From: Fonticula alba ATCC 38817
Taxonomy: Eukaryota > Protista > Nucleariida
NCBI GenBank assembly: GCA_000388065.2
Contig: KB932201.1
Length of the DNA stretch: 31,410 nucleotides
Reading direction: 5' to 3' (one strand)
Below, piece by piece: positions 1 through 12,200 of this stretch; position 1 is the first letter of the stretch; every line of letters starts with the position of its first letter. The notes beneath the pieces are model-generated. The model was not told the origin of the DNA, made no database searches, and saw only the letters and a list, made by a program, of their open reading frames with translations. A program made the translations under genes and the position numbers.

Positions 1-130
1 GGGGGGAGGATCCACCGGTATCCAGAGGGCGTGGGCCTGTCAGCATGGGCATCGACTCGAGTGCCACGAGAGGGAGAGAGAAAAAAGGGGGAAGAACCCA
101 CGGAGGGGGCAGAGGGAGATGCACACGCAC

Positions 131-1868
131 TTGCGCACGGCTTCGCCCTTGCACAGGGCCGTGGCGACCGATGACCCGGGCTGTGACACGGGGAGCGGCG
201 TCCCAGACTGGGGGATGATGCGACACTCGTGCTCATGCCCCCAGAAGGTCAGGTGGAAGCCATAACGCGAGAGGAACTCCTCGGGGATGAAGTTTTGTGC
301 CAGGGCTCCGGTGTGTTGGACGCTGAGGCAGGCGAAGGGGCAGGAAAGTCAGCCGGGGAGGGGGGAAATAGCGCCTCGGCAGAGGAAGGGGGAGCAGCGG
401 AAAAACATGCGGACCGATTCTGGTGGAGCATCAGCATATTGAAGCAGCGGTCATGGCGGAGATCCTCAAACTTGACACCTTCCTGGAGAAAGGTGTGGTG
501 CAGTCGCTCGTCGCGGATGTTTCCGATGCCAAAAATATTCAGATCAACATTGCCTGCAGAGTAGCAGAGGCCGAACGGCGGGGAGGAGATTAGTCTCACG
601 GACAATGCGAGCTCCAGGCCTCTGCGCTGGTAGGGAGGGGGAGGGGGCCACAAAGGGGAGGAGAGACATCCAAATGCACCTTTCCGCAGGCGGACCGGCT
701 TCACGCTGAACTGATTCACCTGGTCCACCTTGCCAAAGTAGTTGATCAGGCCGCTGACACTGAGCAGGTCGAGGGCACATAGATTCCCGTCACCGGTCGG
801 GTCATCGTGGTTGCCGTGGATGGCGAACACGGGCAGGGACACATTGAAATTCGGATCCAGGTAGTTGGCCGTGCCGAAACTACGGTGTCCAGGCAACGAA
901 GCAGGAGGGTGAGCCACGTACAGCGCATGACAGGCCAGAGGGGCGGNNNNNNNNNNNNNNNNNNNNNNNNNNNNNNNNNNNNNNNNNNNNNNNNNNNNNN
1001 NNNNNNNNNNNNNNNNNNNNNNNNNNNNNNNNNNNNNNNNNNNNNNNNNNNNNNNNNNNNNNNNNNNNNNNNNNNNNNNNNNNNNNNNNNNNNNNNNNNN
1101 NNNNNNNNNNNNNNNNNNNNNNNNNNNNNNNNNNNNNNNNNNNNNNNNNNNNNNNNNNNNNNNNNNNNNNNNNNNNNNNNNNNNNNNNNNNNNNNNNNNN
1201 NNNNNNNNNNNNNNNNNNNNNNNNNNNNNNNNNNNNNNNNNNNNNNNNNNNNNNNNNNNNNNNNNNNNNNNNNNNNNNNNNNNNNNNNNNNNNNNNNNNN
1301 NNNNNNNNNNNNGGGGGGGGCAGTGCGCACGAGTTGGTCGAGTAATTGGCCGCCGGATCGCTGAGGTGCTCCAGGAAGCTGGGCTCCTCACCGAGGCAGT
1401 ACTTGCGAAAGAGCTCCATCGTCCGAAAGAGCGTCGTCCGGGTGGGCTTATTGTCGTGGAAAAGGTCCCCTGCGTGCAGGAGGCAATCGACCTTCGGCGG
1501 GCGACAGGCGGTGAGCGGGCAAGAAAAGGGACCAGGCGGCAGGGGGGAGAGAAAGAAAGCAACCCAGAGATCCCGGCGCACTTGGTACTTCTTGGCGATT
1601 TGCAGCACCTCCTCGAAGGAGTTGAAGGAATCATCCCCACGGACGGAGTCGCTCTCCAGGTACCCCAAGTGGGTGTCGGTAGCTGTGACAACAGCAGAGA
1701 CATTCAGTCAGCCACTGCGGGGGGGGGGGGGGGGGGGGATTGCTCTTGGCGAGGGAGGGGAAAAAAAGGCGGGGACCGGAACGCACCGAGCAGAATACGT
1801 AGCGTGTCCGGGCAGGGCCGGGGACCAGGCGCGGTCGACCCGCTTGCGGGCCCGGGGGACAGACCCAT
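131..1868 (-). CDS. MRE11: MRE11 double-strand break repair nuclease, N-terminal nuclease domain; gene continues past the left edge of the window
   Basis: Hand-spliced exons 1868-1787, 1682-1582, 1491-1331, 879-680, 553-415 and 322-131 are all GT-AG with consistent phases. They give the Mre11 phosphoesterase motifs ATDTHLGY, AGDLFHDNKP, FAIHGNHDDP, LHQNR and FWGHEHEC, followed by SQPGSSVAT. The N gap at 947-1312 is intronic because exons 3 and 4 join in frame (TNS|FGTANY). Confidence 0.96.
947..1312. other. Assembly gap (N run) inside MRE11 intron 3
   Basis: Run of n bordered on the right by poly-G. Confidence 0.98.
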
Positions 1869-2510
1869 GCTGCTGATGACGATCGAAACCCGAGAGGAGG
1901 GAGAAAGGAGAGCGAGGGAGCTTTCAGGGAGGGCGACTGCAGGGGGCGAAGGCGACAGCGGGTGGAGGAGGGGGCAGGGGAGAGGATCATGCCAGCCCCG
2001 ATGCCAGCATGATGGCCGGGCGGAGGACGCTTTTGGGAAGGGGCGGGGGGGGGGGGGGCAACGCGATCTGCCGGAGGTCCGCCCGCGTCCCGCCTCCTTC
2101 GGTGTGCCTGGCCGCCGGGGGCGGTTTCCCTTGACGGATCGGCCGATCCCCGCGTTGGCCACAGACGGGACATCAAAAAGGGGGAAAAAATAAAGAGACC
2201 AACAAAGACGCCCTCCGAGAAAAATAAAAGCAGGGCGAGACAACAGAAAAGGGGCCGATCGGGCACGAGGGCCCCACCCTTGGCAGCTTGTTGTTCGGCA
2301 CGCATACCCAACGGAGTGGCGCTATCATCAGAACGGAATGGCCTTTGCACGGGGCCTGCGTCACGAGCGCCTACCCCTCAATCTCCCATGTATCGTGTGC
2401 TGGCCACCGATCGGTTTCGGTCGACCATGCCCGGAGGGCGGGGGCCTGGCCGCCGCACGCACCAGGGACTGCCCATCCCCCCGCGCCCCCCCCCCCCCCC
2501 CCCCCCCCCC

Positions 2511-2550
2511 CGGGACCGGGTCCCTCGGGCCGATTAGGGGGCCGCGGGGG
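2511..2550 (+). repeat. 40-bp direct repeat, copy 1
   Basis: cgggaccgggtccctcgggccgattagggggccgcggggg, preceded by poly-C; identical copy at 3296-3335. Confidence 0.9.
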
Positions 2551-3042
2551 CGCCGCCGCGCCTGCTTCCTTCGTTCACGCTTGCCGGGGCTCCCTTGCTG
2601 CGCGCCCCCAGGCTCTTTGGTCGGGCTGGCTGGCGGCCGGCCGGCCAGCCGGCGGCGTCATCGGAGAGGGCTCGACGGGGGGCGGGGGCACCGGACACGG
2701 GGCGGGCCGGGGCAAGGGCTCCCCACCCCTGGGGCGCCGATCGGGAACGAAGGGGGGCGGGGCGCGAGGGGCACGGGGAGCCTTCTCTGCTTCGTGCGCG
2801 CGGCCCTTCCTCGGGATCTGGCCATCTCCCCTCCGGGCGGGGGAGGCCGGCGGGCTGGGCGACGGGTGGCGAATATATCACCGCCGTTGGCTGGATGCGC
2901 GCCGGAGGCGGAGTCTATGGGCAGGGGGGGGGGGAGGGAATAAAAAGGACCACTTTTGGCCGCCAGCCAGCCCTCCCTGGCTCCTGAGAGACATGGAGAC
3001 ACGGTGCGGGGGAATGCGTAGGTCGCCCCCCCCCCCCCCCCC

Positions 3043-3262
3043 NNNNNNNNNNNNNNNNNNNNNNNNNNNNNNNNNNNNNNNNNNNNNNNNNNNNNNNNNN
3101 NNNNNNNNNNNNNNNNNNNNNNNNNNNNNNNNNNNNNNNNNNNNNNNNNNNNNNNNNNNNNNNNNNNNNNNNNNNNNNNNNNNNNNNNNNNNNNNNNNNN
3201 NNNNNNNNNNNNNNNNNNNNNNNNNNNNNNNNNNNNNNNNNNNNNNNNNNNNNNNNNNNNNN
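3043..3262. other. Assembly gap (N run)
   Basis: Run of n flanked by poly-C on both sides. Confidence 0.98.
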
Positions 3263-3295
3263 CCCCCCCCCCCCCCCCCCCCCCCCCGCCCCCCC

Positions 3296-3335
3296 CGGGA
3301 CCGGGTCCCTCGGGCCGATTAGGGGGCCGCGGGGG
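3296..3335 (+). repeat. 40-bp direct repeat, copy 2
   Basis: Identical to 2511-2550, preceded by poly-C, just after the N gap. Confidence 0.9.
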
Positions 3336-3664
3336 AGCAAGTGCGCCAGCCACCATTGGCTGTGCACGCGTCCCCACATCTGGCCCTCCCTCTCGCGACC
3401 GAACGCGAAAAAGGGCGGGGCAGCAGACTGAGGACACACCAGGGTCGAGATCTCGGGCAGACATTGGCCGGAGGCCTCCAGCGCCGAAATTCCAGCCGGA
3501 AACGCCACGGGCGCCGTGCCATGCTGCTGCCGCAACACACAGGGCCGAGCCGCGTGCGATCCGGAAATCCATCGCTAGATCTGCGCCATGTGTGCATTTG
3601 TAGGTGGTGGCTTTTTTCCCCCGCCCCCTCCCTCGGGCCTCCCGTTGCCAGTCACATACACACA

Positions 3665-3700
3665 CACGGCCACGGCCACGGACACGGCCACGGCCACGCA
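3665..3700 (+). repeat. (CACGGC)6 imperfect hexanucleotide repeat
   Basis: cacggc cacggc cacgga cacggc cacggc cacgca. Confidence 0.85.
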
Positions 3701-4009
3701 CACACCAAGGATGCACACCAGATGATCCCATTGCGCGAGCTTGTGGGCACTCGATTCCGAGGCATGCCGTGACTGGGCTCTCCGCTTTTTTCGCCCGCTC
3801 TCTCGCTCGCTCACTCGGGGCCCTCCTCGTCCTCCCGAGGACAGGTGGGTGCCAGAAAACCAGCCACCCAGGCGTTTTGAGACATGACCCATGCTCCTGA
3901 TCAACTTGCCTCACCTCGCCTCCCCCTCTTGCAACTCCGCCCACCCGCCCGCCCGCTCGCCGCCTGCCCATCACCTGCCCACCATCTGGACGTGGAACTC
4001 AGGCCCTTC

Positions 4010-4085
4010 NNNNNNNNNNNNNNNNNNNNNNNNNNNNNNNNNNNNNNNNNNNNNNNNNNNNNNNNNNNNNNNNNNNNNNNNNNNN
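4010..4085. other. Assembly gap (N run) just upstream of the hypothetical gene
   Basis: Run of n; could hide an upstream exon. Confidence 0.98.
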
Positions 4086-4118
4086 GCCCGAGCCACTCCC
4101 GCCACTGCATCTGCCCAG

Positions 4119-7100
4119 ATGCGAGGGCTTGACGGGTATGAGGTGCCGACCGCCGAACAGTCCAAAGTTTCCCGGCTGAAGGATCGCATGGCCGTGGCGG
4201 CCAACACCGCCGTGGCCAAGCGCCTGGGGTCAGCACGCTTTATGCAGCAACAGCCCCAACGACCGTGGCGCCGGCAGCACGGGGCCGGCAAATTGGGCCT
4301 ACGCGCGATCGGCCGGTCGCATGTGCACCCACACACGGGTGAGCGGACGTCCCTGTCCGGCCGCTCGCTGTCGTCCCAGGCACGCATCGAGGCCGACCGC
4401 CGGCAGGGCCTGTGCACCGATGACAGCGACCTGGACGATTGGTTTGCCAGCGACACGGACAACGATGCGCCGGGGCTGCCTGCGCCATTGCCGGGCCAGG
4501 CCCCGGTGGCGGGCCGCGGCTCGGGTGAGGGCCCCCCCCGACGCGTGGCCTTCGCCCCGGCCATCAGCTACATGGGGTCCAATGAGAGCCAGCTCCTGGC
4601 CGACGCGGAAGACGCGGTCCGGCTCCGGGCCCCGGGGCCCGGACTGGCCTTGGGCCCGCGGTCCCCGCCGGCCATGCGCGACAGTCTCTGGCAGCCGCTC
4701 TCGCTCATGGGCCAGTATGGGCAGTCGCGCCTGGAGGCCGGCGACTTGGCCGGCCCCCCGGCCGCCGGCCTGGCCCCCGACCCGGCCACCGGTCGCCCGG
4801 CTGGAGGCTTCCGCCTGCGACGCCCGCATAGCTTGAACACCGTCGGCCCGGACGTCGGCCAGGCAGGCGCCTTCCTCGGGGCGGCCACATTGTCGGCCGG
4901 CCCGGGAGCCGGGCCGGCCATTCGCTTCCGCATTGTCTCCCCCGATGGGCGCCTGGCCGCAAGGTATCGCGATGTCGACGCCCTTGCCACCGGGGTCCTG
5001 GCCGGGGACGAGCCTCCAGGCACGGTCGCCGGCCAGGAGGACACCCTGCGCACCCGGCGCGAGCTCGTCACCCCGCTCGGCATCACCATCGACGATGCCA
5101 CCGACACGCCTGACGGGGTGGTGGTCGTGCCTGTGGGCCCGGCCGCCCCGGCCAGCCTGGACGGTGCCTCCGTCGCGGCTCCGCCCCCGCTCCAGGGCGA
5201 CACCTCGTCGGTCTTTGCCACGCCTCAGGCCGGGGCCATGTTGGCCGACCGTATGCGCATCTTCGACACGGCTCATGTCTCACCCTCTGCGCCTTGCCGG
5301 CCACGCTTCCCGCGCGAATGTCCTCTAACCCTCATGCCGCTTGCTCGATCGATCCCCCCCCCCCCCCCCCCCCCTCCCCCGCGCGCGCGCGCGGGCCACC
5401 CTGCTTGTCGGCCCTCGCCCACCCTGGCGGCCCCATGGTTCGGCCCGGCCATGAGCCAGGCTTCCTGCGCTTTGAGGGTCTCTCGCGGCCGCGCCCCCGG
5501 AAACTCCTCAACTCGGCCTCCACCACGACCCTCATGGCGCCCGAGGTGGGCAGTCGCCTGCAGCGCCCGGCCACCCGGTACCGGGTTGCCAAGCCGGTCG
5601 TGCCCCCCCTGGCCGGGGTGCCGCCCCCCGCCGGCCAGGCCGACGACCTGGCCCGGAGTAGCTCCTTCGAGGATTTCTTCCCCCTCATGGACTTGGCGGA
5701 GGACGGGGAGGATGGCCGGCCGGCGGGCCGGTCGCGTCGGGGTCGCCTGCGCGGCTGGGCCCGACGCACGGGCCAGCGCCTGGGCATGCTGGTGCCGGGC
5801 CGGTCGCGTGGCTGGCGCTCGGCCCCCGGCGCCAGCACCGGCAACACCCCGGGCGTCCATCCGGCCAACATGGCACCCCGGCGGCCTGGCCGGGTCCGCG
5901 GCTTTCGCCGCCGGGCCGGGCGTCTATTTGGCTTCCTGCGAAAGAAGCCCACCCGCCACCGGCCACCGGTGACGCGCCCCCTGGCCGCCAGTGGCCATTG
6001 GTCCGTGTCGGCGGCCCGGCGAAAGGGCCACCGCGGGTACCAGCGCTCGCGAGCCCGCTGGCGCGCGCGTCGCGGTCCGCCCCTGGCGCCGGACGCCGGG
6101 TCCACACCCGCCGGCACGGATCCCGGGGCGCGCGACGCCACCGGTGTCGGCATCGCCGCCGGGACCGCCGCCGCCCCCCCCGCCGCGGGCCCGAGCGCCG
6201 TGGCGGCCGCGCCTGCCGCCCCAATGGTCCGGCGCCAAAGTGTCTTCCACACGTATGATGCCCCGCAGTCGCCCCGCCTGGCACCCTACCAGACGGTCAC
6301 CCCGTCGGCCCTGGCAGCCGACGCCGCTGCCCGATCGGCCATCGACACAAGCCACCCCCCTTCCGACATCGGGTCCGGCCTGGCCACCCCCATCCTGCGC
6401 CGGGACTCGGCCGACCGCAAGCTCGCGGCTCAGATGGACGGCGGCAGCCGGTCGGCCTGCCTGACCCGGCGGGCCTTCGAGCGCGCCGCCTCCACCACCC
6501 GGCTAACGGCTCTCATTTGCAATCCCCAAAGTGCCCGTATCACCTACGCCCTGGCGGCTCGGTGGGCCAACTTCATCCTGCGCCAGTGCCCGCGCTGTAG
6601 TGGCGACTGCCCGGCCGGCGGCATGGCCGCCCTCCAAACCGGCAGCACCTGCCACTACGACCTGGGGATTTCCACAGCCCGCGGGGCCCGGATCGCAGGC
6701 GACCTAGCCCAGCAGCGGACACGCTCGCTGGTGGTCATCTACGAATGTGAGACGTGCGTCCGTCCGATGGCGCCACTGCCGGTGCCGGCCCCCCGCTCCC
6801 CCCTCCGACGGGCCGTCAGATGGCTGGATGTGGCCAGGGCCCGCCCTTCTTCGTGCGCCGTGGGCCCCTGGGCCGTTGCCACTCTAACATGCCTGGCCCC
6901 TGCCCTCTCTTCCGCGCATGCGCCCGCTCCCCCGCTCGCTCCTGGTCGCCTGGCAAACGCTCCTCCCTCGTGTGCTTGCAGTATCGGCAAAGCCCCCCTG
7001 CTACGGCCGCTGGCCCATCTTCTGGACACCATCGAAGCTTTGGGCAAGCTGGAGGAGGCTCAGCGGGAGCCCAGCCTGGCAGGAGGGCCGGCGCACGCGG

Positions 7101-8467
7101 CCCGGCGGTATAGCGCCCGGCTGGTCGTGTGCGCTCGACGCCTGCCAGGGCGCATCTGCCTGATCGGCGATCCGCACGGAGCCGGCGGGTATGCCACCTG
7201 GTTTCACATCTTCGGCCAGCGCTACGACGGCCGGGGCCGGCGCACATCCTCCCGCGGCGCCGACAACGGCCAGGCCCCCCATTCCAATGGCGGGTCCAAT
7301 GGCGCAAACAATGCCCCTGAGAGCCCGAAACGCCGGAAGCGCCGAAGCCCGAGCCATTCCCCCCGCCCCGGGTCTCCGGTCCTGGTGGCCACCCAGCCAT
7401 CGCCTTTTGCCATGTTGTCTCCCGAGCGCCCGGCCGATTGGCGGTCCTTGGTGTATTCCGGCCGCGAGGGCCTGGCCAGCAGCCTGGCCCCGCCCGACGG
7501 AGCCGACACCCTTGCCGGGCCTGGCCAGCGTGAGCCGACCTCCCAAACCGGCCCGACACGCCAGGTGGCCCCTGCCGGGCCCCACTCGGCTTTGGCACAC
7601 CTGCTCTCGCCGCCGGCTTTGACCCCGGCGGTGCTGCTTTCGCCCCACGGCCCGGCCGAGATGGCGGCCGCCTCGCTCTTCCCCGGGGCATGGCCCGCCG
7701 GCCGGCGACAGCCCACGGCGGCCGTGGCCGTTGTGCCGCCCCCGGCAGCACCGCCGCCTGCCGCCCTGACCCCGGGCCTGCCGCCCCTTCGCAGCCAAGC
7801 CCCCAACTGGTACTTGGACATGGCGCACGGGGCGCTGGCCCGGGGGACCGCCAACATCCTGGACCCCTTTCCCGATGAGGCCCTCCGGTCGCCGGTGCCC
7901 AATCCCCGGCCCATGCCCGCCGAGGCCCTGGACCGCCAGCAACTGTTCCCCCTGTGCCGGGACCTGGTCAGCCTGCGCTCCGGCACCATCACCGAGGAGA
8001 CCATCCTCGACTTCCTGGCGCCACATGACGGCACCAGGCTTGGTGGCACGGAGAACGGGGGCATCCTCGGCGCCGGGGCCCCCTTCGCCACGGCGCCCGC
8101 GCCCGACACGACGTCCTACTTCGTGGCTAATCGCCCGCTGGCCGGGCAATTCCGGCCCGCCGGTCGGGCGGTCGGCATCGCCTTCCAACGGGGGCCTCGC
8201 CGCCCGAGCCAGGCCACCCGGCTGGACATCTGTGTGGCAGTGGTCACCGCCGCCCCGGAGCCCCAGGACCAAATGGCCGCCCTGGACGAGGAGCTCTTCG
8301 GCCGGCGGATCCTGTATGCCCTGCAGACGTGCGGCTTCCCGCCCTCCTGTGTCCATGCACTCAGTATTCCCGCGCCCTCGGCCACATGGAAGACCATGGC
8401 TCCTGCCCCGGCGGTTGCCGCGGCCACCGCCGCCACGGCGGTCTTCATGGCCGACGGTCGAGACTAG
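4119..8467 (+). CDS. Hypothetical protein, ~1379 aa, two exons (4119-5250, 5460-8467); largely low-complexity with a Cys-rich central block and an apparently folded C-terminal block
   Basis: Two long protein-like frames join in phase through a predicted intron at 5251-5459 (gtatgc...ccag, containing a poly-C tract). Spliced length is 4140 nt, ending TAG at 8465-8467. ATG 4119 follows a CAG, so it may instead be an acceptor with the true start upstream. No family recognised. Confidence 0.65.
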
Positions 8468-9228
8468 CCGGGCATTCACCGGCCGCAGCTCCGTGTGACG
8501 CACACACGGGCCGGCCTTTCCCACCAATACACCTGTCTCGTTGCGTGGCCACCGCCCCGGCCCGACTTCGCACGAAGCGGCCTCCCCTCCCCCTCGCGGG
8601 GCCGGGCGGTTCTCTCGGTCTGTGCGGGTGTCAAGTGTGTGTTTCCTTTTCTTTTCCCCATTTTCTCCCGCGCGTGCAACGAGGGGCACCCACATGCATG
8701 ATAGTGCGTACAGGGTGGTGTGTGGATAGGAAGGTGTGATGATATTGTACAATGGGGCGGGAGATGCCGGCACAGGGGACGCTCATGCGTGTGTGAGCGG
8801 ATGCCCTGGGGAAAAAAAGGAAGAAAGAGCGCGCCCATGCGAAGTCCCGCTCGCTTTGTCGCGCGAGGGGCCCAGTTTCTAGCCTGCACCAAATGGTCGG
8901 GGACAGGCAGGCCGACACACGGTCCGGGCGGGCCCCGGGATTGCGCCACGGCCCAGGATGACTGACTCCCAGCCACAAGGAGACGCCTCCTGCGACTCCC
9001 GGCCCCTGCCCATTCTCCCGGGAGGCTCTCCGTGTGCTGAGGGCCGAGTGGGATCCACCGCCCCCGGGGGTCGCCAGGCATCCCCACCACCGATCGGAGG
9101 TGGACCCCCGCAGAGCGGGGGCCCAGGAGGGACAAGGCGTCGCCCCGCCCAACGGAATGGGACGCGCCAGGCAGGGCCAGCCAGCACAAAGGGCCCGCCC
9201 CCCCCCCTCGTCCCCTCTCCATGGGGGC

Positions 9229-12200
9229 CTAGTTGAAGGAGGGCTTGGGGGCCACCGGAGGGGGCACCTTCTTGCTCATGGGGCCCGGGGCCGGGGTCGC
9301 CGCATTGAGGGTCATCTTGTTGACCGAGGTCTCCAGACCACCCGCGGTCTCCGGCGGCGAGTCGGCCGTCGGCGAGTCGGCCTCCAGGTTGTGGTAGTTC
9401 AGCTTGCGCAGGTCGGCCAGCTCGCGGCGCGCATCCTCCAGGGCCTTCTCCAAGGACAGGATCTTCACCTGCTTCTCCATGTCCTGCATGCGGAACTGGG
9501 CAGAGGAGAGCTGACCCCCGGCAGCGGCAGCCGGCTGGCTGGCGGCCTTCTCGGCCGCCGCACGCGAGGAGATCTGCTTCACCGCACGGACGAGAGCCTG
9601 CAATGTCCAGAGCGGAGAGGAGGGACCAACGGGGAGGGGATCGGGGGGCGGGACGGTGAGAACAACCAAAGAGAGGAAAGCACCAACAAAGTGGACGCTG
9701 GCGAGCTTTCGGGAGGAAGGCTGTAGCAGGAAAAGAGAACACGCTGAAGGGGGGGGAGGGGGAAAAACGCACGCGAGTGGCCTCGCTGACCACCTTGGCC
9801 GCGCCCTCCAGGTTCTCCTGGGTGACGCTGTTGCGGTCGGCTGAGGGGGAAGGGCAAAAGCGAGGCGGCGCATCAAAGGTGGTGAGTGACATGTGGATGC
9901 GCGAGCGAGGGGAGGGGAGGGAGTTTGGCTGGGCAGACCCCCCAATGGGGAAAAGCACATGACAGGCGGGGGGGGGGGGGGGGAGGCATCCCCATGCGCA
10001 TGGTACCCCCAGTGCGAGGGGGCGCAACCGGCAGGAGATGGAACAGAACGCACCCTTGACACGCGACGCGGCCACCAGCTGCGCGGTAGACGCGGCAACC
10101 TGGTGCGCCGAGGCCACCAGGTACTCCATGCGGTTCTCGCCGTCGGCCTCCGGGTCGTCGCTGACCGCCCGATCGGCCTTGTCCACTAGGACATTGGTGC
10201 AGGAGGCCACGCTCTGGGCCGCCGACACCAGACCCTCGGTCCAGCGATGGTTCTTCCGGTAGAATTGGTCCGGCGAGGCGGTGCCCCGACCCTTGGCCAC
10301 GATCTCCTCCTGGGCCAGTCGCGCCGCGCGCATCAGCGCACCGATGGCACCGGCAATGGCGCGCGTGGTGTCCAGCAGGGAGGCATGCACCGCGCGCGAG
10401 GGCTCCTTCATGGCCTCGGCCAGCAGGGCACTCAGCCGGGCCACTGCCTGGTCGATCTCGGCCGCCGCGCCGGCCATGGCCCCATCGATATCCAGGGACT
10501 TGGTGGTGGAGATGGCGCTCGGATCCGGCAGCTGGCCCAGCAGCCCCGAGAGGGTTTGCATGGCCGCCTCGAAGCCGGCCGCGTGTTCCTGATTGTCGGT
10601 GGTCGTGGCGCCGGTTTCCATCGGCCGGCGGAGCATGTCCCGGCAGGAACCGGCGACCTTCTCGGCCGCGCGAATGAGAGCCTCCGCATCGAAGCGAGGC
10701 ATCTCCCCCCCGGTGCCGGTGCCGCCGGCCCCATCAAACAGCCCCTCATACGTGGCGCCCAGCCCGCGCACGGTGTTCAGCATGGAGTCGATGTTCTCGG
10801 CCACCGCGTGCGCCTGCCGCAGGAGCTCGCTCAGGTCGGCCGTGCCGCCGTCGGCACCGGTGCCGCCGGCCGCCCCGCTGGCGCCATCATGCGACAGGAC
10901 CAGCGAATTCATGAACTCCACCGTGTTCAGGCCATTGAAGGACTCCAGGGCCGCGCGGATGGCATCCGACGCGGCAATCGCCCGCGAGGCATTCGCATGC
11001 GGCGCGCATGTGTCACTCGCCACGGACAGGTCCACCCGGCCGCGGACCTCCTCCAGCAGCCGGTCGGCCAGGAGCTGGAGGTTGGCCCGCCGGGCCGAGG
11101 CCAGGGCCTCGGCATCGGCCCGAGCAATGCGCTCAGCCTCGGCCATGCGGGCCTCATTCTCCTGGCGCTGGAGAGCCAGCTCGGCCGCGCGTGCATCGCT
11201 CTCGCGCTTGAGCGCGTCATAGAAGACCCGCTGCGAGGCCAGCTCGGCCTGAAGGCGATCGCTCTCCAGCTTGGCCGCGGCCAGCGACGCCGCCTGGGCC
11301 TCCTCCAGCCGGGCATAGTGCTGGCGCAGGGCATCGGACTCGGCACCGGATGACTGCATGATGGGGGAAGGGCCCAAACCAGCGGCAACAAACAATGGCA
11401 TGGGTCAGCAACAGGTACAATGCACACCGGCTCGAGAGCCCGACAAAAGGGCCCCCCATGACCCCGAAGATGGACGGACCTTGGAGAATTCCTCCAATGT
11501 CAGCTTGGTTTGGGCCAACTGGCTGGCGAGGAGCTCGCGCTCGCGGGCCTCCTGCTCCTTCAGACGCTGGAGGGCCTCTTCGTGAGCCTTCTGCGCCTTG
11601 GCCAGCTCCTCGGCGATGGTCTTCTCGGTGTCCTTGCGGACAGCGGCCTCGGCATTGCGCCGAGCCTCGGCGATGGCCGCCTCCGAGGCGGCAGCCTGCC
11701 GGCGTGTCTCCGTGGCGAAGTCCTGCTTCTGACGGAGGAGGTCCAGATGCTGGGCGCGCATGGTGCCATACATCTTGGTCAGGCGGGCCAGGTTGGCCGA
11801 CGCGGCCTTGTGCTCCTCTTTCCGGGAGGGGAGGGGAGCAGAGCGAGCGAGCGAGCGAGCGAGAACGAGAGAGGAAGGTTAGGGAATGAGTGCACAGCAG
11901 GCATGAGGAGAGAGGGGAGGGGGGCGGGGGGGCGGGGCAATTGACAAGTAGGAAGGGGCAGAAAGATGGCAGGTGGCAGGCCGCGCACCATCGAGGGTCT
12001 TGCTACGGGACTCGAGGTCCATGCTGCGGGTTTGCTCGCCAGCCAGCAGGCCGCGCATGACACCAAGCTCATGCTCGAGCTCGGCCACACGGTTGCGAAG
12101 CCGGGCAATCTCGGCATCCTTCTCGGCCAACAGACGCAGGAGAGCCGGGTCCGGCCCGGAGGGGACGTGCACGACAATCGGCTCGGGCGGGGGACTGGCC

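Noticed and set aside
1-38. Possible next MRE11 exon after gctgacag (KPTPSGYRWILP)
   Set aside because: It does not resemble the expected KHVG.L.I continuation, so it is probably intronic; left unassigned.
249-1703. Long ORFs spanning N runs (249-1703, 880-1668, 2658-3974, 14897-15652 and similar)
   Set aside because: They are inflated by X codons across gaps, and reading frame across a gap is arbitrary. The real MRE11 sequence is recovered only by splicing.
7001-8773. 590-aa minus-strand ORF and other antisense ORFs (16755-18290, 18685-19875, 28743-30131)
   Set aside because: They are Gly/Arg/Pro-rich shadow frames of real genes on the opposite strand. High GC depletes stop codons, and no motifs were recognised.
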